This document shows positions 30,205-40,852 of a stretch of DNA of 64,000 bases, piece after piece. Made by a program: the position numbers and the translations under genes. Each line of letters opens with the position of its first letter. Within the stretch, counting starts at the first letter, position 1. The DNA is from a virus. Its lineage: Duplodnaviria > Caudoviricetes. Location of the stretch: positions 1-64,000 of the IMG/VR virus record IMGVR_UViG_3300021400_001346. The stretch is one strand, 5' to 3'. The notes below the pieces were generated by a model. The model was not told the DNA's origin. It was given only the letters and a program-made list of their open reading frames with translations, and did no database searches.

Positions 30205-30347
30205 ATACGCTAGTGCTCTCCTTTCATATTCTTATAATATAATTATACATGGTCATATGCCCTTTGTCAATCATTTTTGCGGTGTAATGAATAATTTATC
30301 AAGAGATGAAATTCCAAGTTCAATTTACCCAAAATAAAAGGACAAAT

Positions 30348-31082
30348 TTATTCTTTGTCCTCAGATTTTTCTTCTACACCAAGGTAATCACGGAATTCCT
30401 TGCCGTGGTACTGCATAATGTATCGGCTTATTGAGTAGTACATTGAACGAAGCGCACGATCGTGAGGGTGCTTGGCTAATCGTTCCATCAAGGCGAGATA
30501 GGCATCGAAGAATGGTTCAAGTGTATCGATGTTTCCTTTTTGTTTAAGCAACTCTTCCATCGCGCGGGGCAGATGATAAATGTCATCTTGAGTTAATGGG
30601 TTCTCTGCGTTAAACATGGCAATAAGTAGTTTACTCCAACTCTTAGTATTCAATGTGCGGCCGCAAGTGAACCAACGTGTCTTGCGGAAAACAACTTCGC
30701 TATTGATAATTACTGAGGCATCTGCCTTAATGGTGTTGAAGCGCCAGTTAATGTATAAGCCAAGGCAAAAATTATTATAAGCAACGGTGATGTAAGTCTT
30801 ATCATTAAAAGTGGTAGCGGCCTGCACGGAAGGTTGCTTCTCTAATTCTTCTTCTGGAATCGCCCAGTAGTATGATGCCTGATTAATAATTTGATTAACC
30901 ACTTGGGTGCGACGTTCTGCCTCCGCGGCCAGCACGGGGTCATTCTCGCTCGTAACTATTTCGGTAGTAACTACTTCGCCGCCGACCTTCTTGAATACCA
31001 ACCGACCGATCGCCGCGAAAAGTAAAATCACAACCAGTACAATCATAAAGCCATTATCAAATTTCATTATCTGTTCCTCCAA
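30348..31082 (-). CDS. Hypothetical membrane-anchored protein
   Basis: N-terminal TM helix; overlaps upstream gene. Confidence 0.7.
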   Translation of the reverse strand: MEEQIMKFDNGFMIVLVVILLFAAIGRLVFKKVGGEVVTTEIVTSENDPVLAAEAERRTQVVNQIINQASYYWAIPEEELEKQPSVQAATTFNDKTYITVAYNNFCLGLYINWRFNTIKADASVIINSEVVFRKTRWFTCGRTLNTKSWSKLLIAMFNAENPLTQDDIYHLPRAMEELLKQKGNIDTLEPFFDAYLALMERLAKHPHDRALRSMYYSISRYIMQYHGKEFRDYLGVEEKSEDKE

Positions 31083-31638
31083 AATCTATGTCTGAAGACG
31101 ACCAGGCTGCCGGCAAGGTATAGCCATAAGCGAAAGTATCTTCATAAGAAAAATTATATGTACCTACTCGTTCCAAGAAGCCGCGCTCTATCCACCATCG
31201 TATCTTCTGACTCACTTGTTTCGTTGACATCTGTATATCTACTGAGATGGTTTCAATACTGACATGAAAGACCACGTTACGGCGCATCCCCAAATACAAG
31301 TAAAGGAATAGGCGCAGGGTACTATTGCGGCTGCGAGTCGGCAATGTAAATAAGGCCTGCTTCAACTCCTCAAATAAGGAAAGTGGCAGCAACCCAATGC
31401 TGTTTTCACTGAACTCCTCGTAACTTTCAAATTTCCGTCTGCGACTCATCTCTCTGCTCACTTGCGCCTCTGCACCTATAGCAGTGTTATCTTGGCGCAA
31501 CCATGTTTTTATAGAGATGGGTTTGGTGGTGAGTTCTATCATCTGCCCTTGTGTGTTTAACTGATAATGAAGGCAGTAATAGAAGATAGTGTTCTTGTGT
31601 TTAGATAGTATGTTTTGTGTAATAGGTATATATATCAT
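31057..31638 (-). CDS. Helix-turn-helix protein, replication-initiator-like
   Basis: LRLFLYL...VSIETISVDIQMSTKQVSQKIRWWIERGFLER; start MIYIP just after TTGACA-17-TATACT. Confidence 0.6.
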   Translation of the reverse strand: MIYIPITQNILSKHKNTIFYYCLHYQLNTQGQMIELTTKPISIKTWLRQDNTAIGAEAQVSREMSRRRKFESYEEFSENSIGLLPLSLFEELKQALFTLPTRSRNSTLRLFLYLYLGMRRNVVFHVSIETISVDIQMSTKQVSQKIRWWIERGFLERVGTYNFSYEDTFAYGYTLPAAWSSSDIDFGGTDNEI

Positions 31639-32082
31639 AAGAACAGTATATGTTAAAAAAGACACCTTGTCAACAAGATGCCCATATTTATAAATAATAT
31701 ACCGAAGTCTTGTAAACCTGTTCGGTGTTTTTGTAGTTTGTTTTTTGCTTGTGCCTTCTTCGCCCTCTCGCATGGCTACGCCAAGCTCGACCAACGCGAA
31801 GGCTTGAGATGCCTTTAGCCGCATTATTTACTAGGCTCGGGCTAATCAGGCGCGCAACAGAGTGGAGCGCCACCCGCTAGGGTACGAACGATAGTGAGTA
31901 GTAATAGCACGCCGAGCGTAGCGAGGGAAGAGCGATCCCACGTAGTGGGGAGCGGACGTACCCCCTAGAGGGGGTTGGGGGGACGGCAAGCCGCAGGCGC
32001 GCCGCAGATCGAACCACGAAGTGGTGAGATGGAGAATCAAGCCCAACTAAATAAGAAGGCTGAAGTGATGACTCCAGCCTAA

Positions 32083-32538
32083 TTATTTTAACTTATTCTT
32101 TTTACTTGCTAACTCTGCCAACTTCGCCGCGCGTTTCTTTTCCAACTCGGCCTCGTGACGTGAACGTTCCTCTGCCTTAGCAAGACGCTTTGCAGTTTTT
32201 TGGGCGCGCTCTTCATCGTAAGCAATGGCTTCAAGGAAGGGGTCAAAGTCAAGGCTTTTGATGGTGCTTTTTAACTCCCAACTAAATGTAAAACCACCAG
32301 GTTCGTTTTCAACTGCGATGACGATGCCTTCTTTGGTTTCAAGAATGTCGAAATCGTCGCCTCATAGGGCTTTGAGGTCGCTAATAAGAGCCTCAAGTCC
32401 GCGCTTACGAAGTTCATTACGAGCGCTTTGTTGAATAGTTACGGTGCCGGTGGAGGTAGTATTGGTAGCGTAGGTATTGATGGCTACTTCATGCAAGAAG
32501 TCCTTAAAGAGAGAAGAACTATTATTACTTTCGTTCAT
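32083..32538 (-). CDS. Hypothetical protein, 151 aa (TGA=Trp)
   Basis: ggagg RBS; reads through TGA 32362 to TAA 32083; charged helical C-terminus. Confidence 0.75.
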
Positions 32539-33466
32539 GTAATTTCCTCCTAACAGTATTAGTATATTTGAGAAAACTCGACTTGTCAAGCAAAAATTGG
32601 TTTGGCAAATAAAAAAGAAGGGACGATTGTCTCCCTTCTCTATTCGCAGTGGTTCATTATTTACTTTATGTTGCGTAGAACATCTGACGTAGCCGCAATG
32701 TGGGTGGGAGATGGTATCTCCTCTTCGATGGTGCAAGGCCATCACCCCGTTCGATCGTGGGTCTAGTTTAGACCTGTTGCAGTATTTTCGGGCTTATCTG
32801 ACTAGCCTTAGTAGCGAATGATGAGCGCTACGCCCACCAATAATAAGCATCGTTATTGGACTTAACCATTGACGGAGGTTGCCACCCGGAAGTTAGATAG
32901 GAACTTCGCCTTGCTATTCGTAGGGTACTAGTATAATACTAACGGGCATAACTGACCGCATTGATTGTCTTCATTCGCAGTAGAAGGTAAGAACAATGAG
33001 ACTTATGTACTGCTTTGGTTGCGATGTTCATTTGACTTCGCCGTTAACGCGGACTGTCCACGCCAGTGAGCTAATTTTTGGTCTAGAAAATTAGATGAAA
33101 AGAATAGTTTGGTTTTTAGGCGTACGCTAGGATAGGTATCTATGGACTTACATACCATTGGGTAATGCCTCACCCTAACCCGAAATGTGATTTGGTTTTA
33201 GGCGTACACTAGGATAGGTTTTCTGGACTGACGCTTTAAAGCTGCCTACACCCAACCCGGTGATAGTAATGTCGCGAGTAAAGCCTTACAAACGCACGAT
33301 AGAGGTCTTTTTTAACTTTACTATCTAATTTATTATAACAAGTTTGCCAGGCTTAGTCAAGCAATTCTTGATATAATCGAGAGAGTTATTCAATCGCGAT
33401 GAGGAAGGGTCGCTGCGCCTAGAGGGCGCGCTCCCCACTTCCTATCTTGTGTTTAGTTTAGCCTAA

Positions 33467-33982
33467 CTATTCGACTGGTGTTAAGTTAGCACTATTAACT
33501 CCGTCGCAAAGTGCGTAAGTATTAACTGTGCTGACTTTGATTGATGCTAATTCGACTTGGTCGCCTTTAGCGATATTACCTTTCTTAACGAGTCCGTTGA
33601 TACGTCCGCTAGAAAGTTTTTCAAGTTTCATGACATCTGCAAGTTCTTCAAGAGTGAAGCGACCTTCAAAACTTGCGGCTGCCTTTAAGACTTCTGCTTC
33701 ACCGTCAGTGTAGTTGTAGTTGCCTTTTCCATTTGGATTAGCGATTGGGTCAGCAGTAACGAAGGTATAAGTATTGACCTTACGTGTTGCTGGTTTGTTA
33801 ACTTCAACTGTTCCTGATGCAGCGATAAGTCCTTTTCTCATTGCGCCAACGATATGTCCAGCGACAAGTTTAAGACCTGTGCTTTCATTGAGTTGAGCAA
33901 GTGTTTGATTTGGTTGTGCTTCAAGTGCTTTAACGATAGCAATGTCATTTGCTGTGTAAACGATTTTCTTTTCTTTTGCCAT
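33467..33982 (-). CDS. Tandem winged-helix protein (paralog family)
   Basis: Two internal repeats YT...TL..L...KG.I...VNTY. Confidence 0.75.
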   Translation of the reverse strand: MAKEKKIVYTANDIAIVKALEAQPNQTLAQLNESTGLKLVAGHIVGAMRKGLIAASGTVEVNKPATRKVNTYTFVTADPIANPNGKGNYNYTDGEAEVLKAAASFEGRFTLEELADVMKLEKLSSGRINGLVKKGNIAKGDQVELASIKVSTVNTYALCDGVNSANLTPVE

Positions 33983-34143
33983 AATATTTTCTCCTTTGAT
34001 AAACCCCAACGTAGTTGTAAGGATCCCGGGGTCGGTCCTGAGAAGTAGTGAAGACTTAACTATTTCTTCTTTACTTCTTAACTATAATTATTATACGGTA
34101 GTTGCTCGGCTAATGCCAGAACAATTTTCATTTAGATGGATAA

Positions 34144-34371
34144 TTATTCCGTGCGCTGAATTGGGTGATTGCCTTGAATGACGGCGTCCTTAACCATTTC
34201 TAGCACTTGCTTCTTTGCGGTTCTCGCTGGCTGGTTAGGTATGGCGGCGGCGCTATATGAGTAGCCGTCGGCGCATTCGAAAGAGGCCGTCCAAGCATCA
34301 TTGACGTTTTTGTAATAATTAACATGCGCCTCAATATATTGCTCGTTAGTTAGTGGCTTTTTAGTTGGCAT
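34144..34371 (-). CDS. Hypothetical protein
   Basis: MPTKKPL behind gagga RBS. Confidence 0.6.
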   Translation of the reverse strand: MPTKKPLTNEQYIEAHVNYYKNVNDAWTASFECADGYSYSAAAIPNQPARTAKKQVLEMVKDAVIQGNHPIQRTE

Positions 34372-34672
34372 CGTCCTCGTCCTCCTTTGAATAGTAGAAG
34401 GCATCGTCACGCAAGTAAGCAGTTAATTCCTTGTCTTCCCATGGTGCTGGACGGACGTCTTCGAGGTCGCTATTGAACCAAATGTAGCCGCTACTTTCAT
34501 CGCAGGTAGTGTCATGAGCCTCGACGATGGTGCAATAGCCATCGCTACCAATACGGATTTCATAGCCCATGTCCATAAGAACATCGAGCAACTTGTTAAA
34601 ATTGCGGCGATCCTTCATTTCCTCTGGGGTGAATGGTATGCTTACATCTGGTCTGTGGTTATCTACTTTCAT
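34361..34672 (-). CDS. Hypothetical protein
   Basis: Coupled to sigma factor gene. Confidence 0.6.
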   Translation of the reverse strand: MKVDNHRPDVSIPFTPEEMKDRRNFNKLLDVLMDMGYEIRIGSDGYCTIVEAHDTTCDESSGYIWFNSDLEDVRPAPWEDKELTAYLRDDAFYYSKEDEDDAN

Positions 34673-34674
34673 AA

Positions 34675-35502
34675 TTATTTTCTCCTTTCCCAATTGAGTT
34701 TGATAGTTGATAAGGTTTCATTTAATATTTGACGGACACGTTCACGGGTGATGCCGAGTTCAAGTCCGATGGCTTCAAGTGTATGTTCAGAGCGCCAATC
34801 TTCTGGATCAGTAGGTTCGCCGAGTCCGAAACGCATTTTGATGATGGTTTGGACACGTGGTTTGAAGGTGCTGATGACAGACATAAGGCGGTCATGAGTT
34901 AAACTTTCTTCTGCGTAGCCGCTTGGTGTTGGTTCACTGGTATCGGCGCAAAGGTCGGACAAGGTGTCTTCACTGTCGTCGCCGAGTGGCATATCGATGC
35001 TGTAAGTGTCTGACTTCCAGCCGCGCAATGCTTCAACTTCATCTGCGGTAATACCCATGCGGGCCGCGATGGACTCGTTGGTGATGTCAACACCTTCGTT
35101 GGTGAGGTCGTTGATGGCCGCGCGATACTTTGAAAGTTTGGCGTAGATGTGGGCTGGAATACGAATATTACGACCCTTGTCGGTAATAGCTTTGGTGATG
35201 GCTTGTTTAATCCATGGAGTCGCGCAGGTGCTAAAACGATAGCCAAGGTCTGGGTTATATTTTTCTACTGCGGTGATAAGTCCGGTGTTGCCCTCCATGA
35301 TAAGGTCGAGCAAATCGAGATGTCTATTTTGATAGTTCTTCGCAATAGAAACAACTAGACGCAAGTTGCTATTGATAAGTTGTTCACGTGCGGCCGCATC
35401 GCCATTACGGTATTTATAGGCAAGGTCAAGTTCTTCCTCTGGTTTGAGAAGAGGATATTGACCGATGGTAATTAAATAATCTTTAAGTGTATTTGTGCTC
35501 AT
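34675..35502 (-). CDS. RpoD/SigA-family RNA polymerase sigma factor
   Basis: NLRLVVSIAK, DLIMEGN.GL, RFSTCATPWIKQAI, IRIP, TLEAIG...TRERVRQI. Confidence 0.95.
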   Translation of the reverse strand: MSTNTLKDYLITIGQYPLLKPEEELDLAYKYRNGDAAAREQLINSNLRLVVSIAKNYQNRHLDLLDLIMEGNTGLITAVEKYNPDLGYRFSTCATPWIKQAITKAITDKGRNIRIPAHIYAKLSKYRAAINDLTNEGVDITNESIAARMGITADEVEALRGWKSDTYSIDMPLGDDSEDTLSDLCADTSEPTPSGYAEESLTHDRLMSVISTFKPRVQTIIKMRFGLGEPTDPEDWRSEHTLEAIGLELGITRERVRQILNETLSTIKLNWERRK

Positions 35503-35711
35503 TTGCTTAAATCTCCTTTTTTAACTTTCCTTATACTAATATTATACATGATAATTTGCACTTGGTCAACAAATTTTTGCCCGGCCTGAATAACTTTTCG
35601 CGGCGAGCAACGCGCACTATCCCAATTTAATATTAGGTTTTTATTATTTATATATTAATTATATAGTAGAAGCACGGCTTCGTCAACAATTTTTGCAGCA
35701 TAATCAACAAA

Positions 35712-37400
35712 TTTCCGTCTAGCCCTGAGCAGCTGCTGAGCGCCGCGGAGTGGTAAGCCAAGTCCTGCTGCTGCCGGGAGTGAATGGCATGCCAATCGCT
35801 GCTTCTACCTAAGCCCACCCAACGTCGGGTCGGTCGGGGCAGACGGAAAAAGCCTAGTCAGTTTCGACTAGGCCAAACCCAAATAAAAAGGTCCCCTTGC
35901 AGGACCCGGTTCATAAAAAGATTGCGGCAACAATCTTACGTGGTATTGCCGTACCACGATTTACCGCTACATCTGCTGATGCTCACTTTCCGCGGCGAGA
36001 CGACCATTTCTATTTTACGCCACATGGTCGAGGAGTAGTTGGTCAATATTATTTTAGTTACTTGTTTGACTAAGCGCTTGCAACCATCGCGCTAAATCAG
36101 GGGTGCCCAATCCGCATCTGTTTTATTTTCTGTGGTACAGTCCCACGGACCATGCCGGTTTCTCTCCGGCGCCTCCGTGCCCAGGAGTCAGGGTGTCGTC
36201 AGCACATCGTTGGTCCTAGACGGTTGCGGCCGCCACAGACCATTGCCACCTGGATAGTTTTCAAGGCACTATCAATCGCCATCGGAGTTACCTTTGTCAG
36301 CGGCTCCTCAATATGACATATTCTTTCATTAGCGCTCTACCCTTACACGTCGGGTAATTAGCCGCGCTCCTCTACTACTTGCTGCGTGTCAGCTGCACCA
36401 CGTTTGGCCGAATCTCGGGACATACGTGTTACGTCTGTGCCTAACGGTAGATTACGCTCTACTGCACTGCACCGTGTTCTTCCCAGCCGAATTGGTCATG
36501 CCAATTTCTTACTCAACCTTAGTCCTGGTAGCCGAGATATACACGTCACGTTCGTGCGTCCGGCAAGTTATTGCTCTTGCTGCGCTAATTCTATACTTCA
36601 ATCGGAGTTGAACCGTCTATTCATCCTAGTCCCTTTGCTAGGCGCGCCTTTCCGCTCGGCCATTTATCATAGAATTCGGGAATTAATACTAATGTGGAGG
36701 TTGCCTCCACCCCGCATCGTCTGCGGATGCCTTAGTAGCCAATCGGAGTCGAACCGACATCTTCCTCTATCCGGTTTAGGGTGCTCTGTCCGCGGGTATT
36801 GCCCTTGAGCTATGGCACTGTATATGCTTTATAGTGCATTGGCTAGCACTTCGTTGACTTAGTGCAGTTTTGGTTGTTTAAAGGGGCGTTACTCCCTGCC
36901 AGCTAGTTTCTTGTCCACCCTCCGATCCTGTAAACCGAAGGGGCGGCGCACGACTGCCGCGTCGGAATGATTGGGGTCTATCCTACCCAGTGAGGTCTCG
37001 CTCACTTCGAGAGTCGCTTTGGCTAGATGCTATGCTCATCGTCCGGGTGTTTAGTCTCTTAAGCCCAACTACTTAACGGCTAGTTAACCGACAGCAGGCT
37101 CTTTCACGTTTTGACGTCTTAGTATTCACCCTGGTTACTGCTGCGTGGGTGTTTTGGGACCAGCCAAGGAGTTAAACCTCGGACTACCAGTCGTGCCGGC
37201 CATAGTTATCATGGGGAAGAGTTGCAGGTAATCTGCCTGCCTCTTGCTACGGGGAATTTAAGCCCGTGCTCGGCGATTTCTCTGAGGTACGTTGTCCCCG
37301 CCTTGCGGCTGCCGGTCATTGGGTTCCAACCCATGTAATAGGGTGCTCTCTTCTTTGTTTTTTAACGAGGGGTATACGCCGAGCAGGGAGATGTTCCTCA
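35712..37400 (-). ncRNA. Cluster of structured non-coding elements including tRNA-like pieces
   Basis: 1.7 kb GC-rich, no credible ORF, many hairpins, promoter at about 37421-37450. Confidence 0.55.
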
Positions 37401-37441
37401 ATTAATTTCTTACTATATTTATTATACTACTTCGTGGCGGC

Positions 37442-37639
37442 TTAGTCAACAACTTCTTCAGTAATTTCGTACATATTGTCGAAGTCGAGCCAATAATGAC
37501 CGCTCTCTTGGTCTCCAACTATGCGGTATTGATTGTAGTTGGTGGTCGCCATTTCTTTAACCCAGGCGTTGAATTGGGCTTGGTCCATGACTATGGTGGC
37601 GCCGCCGTAGCAACGTCTAACTGTATATCTTTTGTTCAT
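37442..37639 (-). CDS. Hypothetical protein
   Basis: aaggag RBS. Confidence 0.6.
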   Translation of the reverse strand: MNKRYTVRRCYGGATIVMDQAQFNAWVKEMATTNYNQYRIVGDQESGHYWLDFDNMYEITEEVVD

Positions 37640-37679
37640 CTGTAATGGTGCTCCTTCCTGGGTGGTGCGACCAGCAAGA

Positions 37680-37928
37680 CTATTCAGTCTTGCTAGTTTC
37701 TAACGCAGTGTTGCCTAAAGCATATTCGGCAACTTCAACGTAAACGGTCTTTGCGACCTTGCGGGTACCGACCTTAACTAAGATACCTGCGGCGACCATA
37801 GCATTAGTAGTGCCGGTCTTAACTTCCTTGCCGACCTTTTCGCTGATTTCGGCTAAAGTCATGCCCTTTTCGGCTCCCTTTAATGCATTAACGACTGCAA
37901 CTCTAGTTTCATTTACTTTAACGTTCAT
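37680..37928 (-). CDS. Small winged-helix protein (paralog family)
   Basis: GMTLAEISEKVGKEVKTG...GILVK...EYAL; several tandem promoters upstream. Confidence 0.75.
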   Translation of the reverse strand: MNVKVNETRVAVVNALKGAEKGMTLAEISEKVGKEVKTGTTNAMVAAGILVKVGTRKVAKTVYVEVAEYALGNTALETSKTE

Positions 37929-38829
37929 AATCTTTTCTCCTTTCCTTAATCCTTATATTAATATTATACACCTTTTATTCGGTCTAGTCAAGAGTTATTT
38001 TGACTAGGTAGTTAATTTTTTAAGATGTATCTTTTTACTTCTTATTAACTAACTACATATATATTATACACCTTTTATTGGGTTTGGTCAATTGCAAATC
38101 TTGGCTAAGTAGTTTGCATTTTTGCGACCGTAAGATGTTTTCTTTTCTTCACCACCTTACATATAATATTATACGCCAAAACTTCGACTATGTCCATTGT
38201 AAAAACTGGCTAGATAAGTTTGCATTTCTTGGCTTCCTGCTGCTTCTATGCAAGTTAGTCTTGACAAACCCGGCCCGAAGGGCAGACGGAAAATAAGCAC
38301 AACTCGGTAGAAAAGTCAAGCAAAAAATTGTGAAAGCGCTTTCTTGCTGCTGCTTCTCAAAAAACTCTTGACAAATCCGGATTTTTGGGGGCAGACGGAA
38401 ACAGACGGATCCGTCGGGCCAGACGGAACGCCGCGAAAAAAAGACGACCGAAGTGGTCATCTATCTTTTCTTTGGTTTCGTTCTTTTATTTTTGCCAGGC
38501 TTGAAATATGGATGCGGCAACAAGTCTTGACCGCTATAACTATTAGTATGGTAAGGACCTATTGACCCCAGCAAGTATAATAAGTTTCTTTGTGATGATT
38601 TCATATTTACTACCTCTCATGATATGCGGCATCAAGCCATAGGTTAGTCCAGTGCCAACCTTTAATCGTGTCTTCTACCACCGCGGCATCTGTAATTTCA
38701 TACCAGCCATAAGGTTCTCTGTCAGTAGACCTAATAACAACTACATCATTTGGATTTGCTTTGCGAAGTACACTCATTAATTCTTTTACAGTCATTGTGT
38801 GGTCAGTGGCGGAGACCGAGACCACGGCT

Positions 38830-39294
38830 TTATTTTTGGAAAGCATCATAACTTTCTCCCATCCGTCTACTTGGTCTGTCATGAGCAAACAACCATGCGC
38901 CCTTATTTTGAATATAAACAGTAAAGTTTTCATTGTTATAGGTAAAATCTATATAATCGCCGAAGCATTTACTGTGATTTCTTTCAGTAATAACTATACC
39001 TTTATAATTGTGGTATTTTTCCCACACTTTACTTTTTATTGAAGGAAGTTGTATAGCAATTTTTCCGTCTACTGGTAAATGGTTATAATCAAACCCTACA
39101 TTTGGTTTTAAATTACTGAAAACTCGGTCAAAACGATTTTCTCTGATGGCATCTAAACATCCGTCTAAGATATCTTCAGGAGTAACTGCCATTGTATAAG
39201 TATTAGTAACGGTTGTTTTTGTATGTTTTAGTTTTCCGTCTGCATCATAAGATGCGTATGTAATAGTTGTTTCTTGTCTTTCTAAGATTTTCAT
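38830..39294 (-). CDS. Hypothetical protein
   Basis: ORF in operon, start MKILERQ. Confidence 0.65.
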   Translation of the reverse strand: MKILERQETTITYASYDADGKLKHTKTTVTNTYTMAVTPEDILDGCLDAIRENRFDRVFSNLKPNVGFDYNHLPVDGKIAIQLPSIKSKVWEKYHNYKGIVITERNHSKCFGDYIDFTYNNENFTVYIQNKGAWLFAHDRPSRRMGESYDAFQK

Positions 39295-39313
39295 AACTTC
39301 CGTCTCCCTCCGT

Positions 39314-39595
39314 CTAGTCTTCACCTAATTCTAATTCTTCTTTTGCCATTGCAATGAATTGGTCTTTACTTAAATCTAACTTGGCATTAAGTATTTCTGA
39401 TACTTCATAAGGGCTTACACTTGAATATATTGCGCCGTCCATATCTACAAACTTATAATTCCAATAGATTTGTTCTAATATTTCAGTGTCGCTCCAATCT
39501 GGATAATTATCACGATACCAATCATATTCTTGGCGCAAATTTTCTTCGTCTAGGTCAATTGTAAACTCTTGATTAATACTAAAAGTCAATTGCAT
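39314..39595 (-). CDS. Hypothetical acidic protein
   Basis: ORF in operon. Confidence 0.65.
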   Translation of the reverse strand: MQLTFSINQEFTIDLDEENLRQEYDWYRDNYPDWSDTEILEQIYWNYKFVDMDGAIYSSVSPYEVSEILNAKLDLSKDQFIAMAKEELELGED

Positions 39596-39613
39596 ACCTT
39601 CTTCTCCTTCCGT

Positions 39614-40231
39614 CTAGGCGCGGGCTAATTCCCACGCCTTTAATAAAATTGCTAACTCAATTTTACTATCTTCAAGTGCCGTGTGTTCTTCCTTATAGTC
39701 CGTCTGACCAGTTAAGTATCTAAACACGGTTTCGGCTTTTGCTTGGCAACGAGGTCTTTTGTGTTTTGTCATAAAGCCGTTTTTTCTACAAAATGTTTTA
39801 TACTCTTCCGTCTCAGTGATATGTGGGTCGGTTAAACCTTTCCATATATCTTTAATTCCGTCTGCGGTTGGATTGGTTTTGCTGTTAAGTTTTTCGCAAG
39901 TCTTTGCAATCGCACGGGTATCAAAGCGTGAATTATAAGCATAAATTCCGTCTACGCCATATTTATTCATATCTCGTTTTAACATACGCAAGATATAAGA
40001 CCATTTGGTTTTCTTACAATATCCGTCTGCTAAACGTTGGTAATAAATTGGCAACTTGTTGGCATAATATGCGGTCTTCATGAGGTTGGCATTATCAAAG
40101 ATTTCGCTGGTGAGATAATCACGAGCCTTAATGATGTTGTCCGTCTCACTATCGTAAACGACATAGCCTAAGTCGTAAACTGATGGGTTGAATACCCCTA
40201 ATGTTTCAGTGTCAAGAACAATAATTTTCAT
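39614..40231 (-). CDS. DEDDh 3'-5' exonuclease
   Basis: LDTET, AYNSRFD, HTALED. Confidence 0.9.
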   Translation of the reverse strand: MKIIVLDTETLGVFNPSVYDLGYVVYDSETDNIIKARDYLTSEIFDNANLMKTAYYANKLPIYYQRLADGYCKKTKWSYILRMLKRDMNKYGVDGIYAYNSRFDTRAIAKTCEKLNSKTNPTADGIKDIWKGLTDPHITETEEYKTFCRKNGFMTKHKRPRCQAKAETVFRYLTGQTDYKEEHTALEDSKIELAILLKAWELARA

Positions 40232-40852
40232 GTCCGTCTGGTTCCCCTTTCTCTCTTTCTTTTTTCTTCTTTATGATAATATTATATCATGAATAGATAT
40301 TGCTGTCAATACCTATTTAAGAATTCCGTCTACCGCGAGGTGATAAGCCATTATCCGCAGAATAATATTAACGTATGTAATATTAGAGAGTTTTGTATCC
40401 TTGCACTATCAACTGCAAGTTGTGGCAACGAAATTCTTAAATAGATACTATTGTCAATACCTATTTAAGAATTCCGTCTGCCGCGGGCTGGCTAGTGCCA
40501 TTATTCTCACGTGCGCTTATGGATTTCCACCTCAGGAATAGAAAGATTTGCCATTCTTACCTATTTGCCCCTGTTAAGTCGTGGCACGGAACTCTTAAAT
40601 AAGTATTGTTATTTCCGTCTGGTGGAAGGTTTCACTTAGGTTAACCATCATTTTACTAGTAATAAGTGAAGACCTTCCGTCTACCCATTTCTCCTTGGGC
40701 GGCTTACCCTTACGTGCGCCTACTATACCCTACGTGTCCGTCTGGCGAAAAACTTGATAGACAATGAGACCATTTTCTCATTAAGATAGGTTCAGGCTAA
40801 GGGGTCCGTCTGAGCCCATCTTAATGAGAGGAAGGAATTACCTTCCGTCTCC

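Noticed and set aside
33105-33260. preQ1-I riboswitch
   Set aside because: A-rich tail ending ACTA is similar, but the short P1 and loop consensus are missing and no que gene follows.
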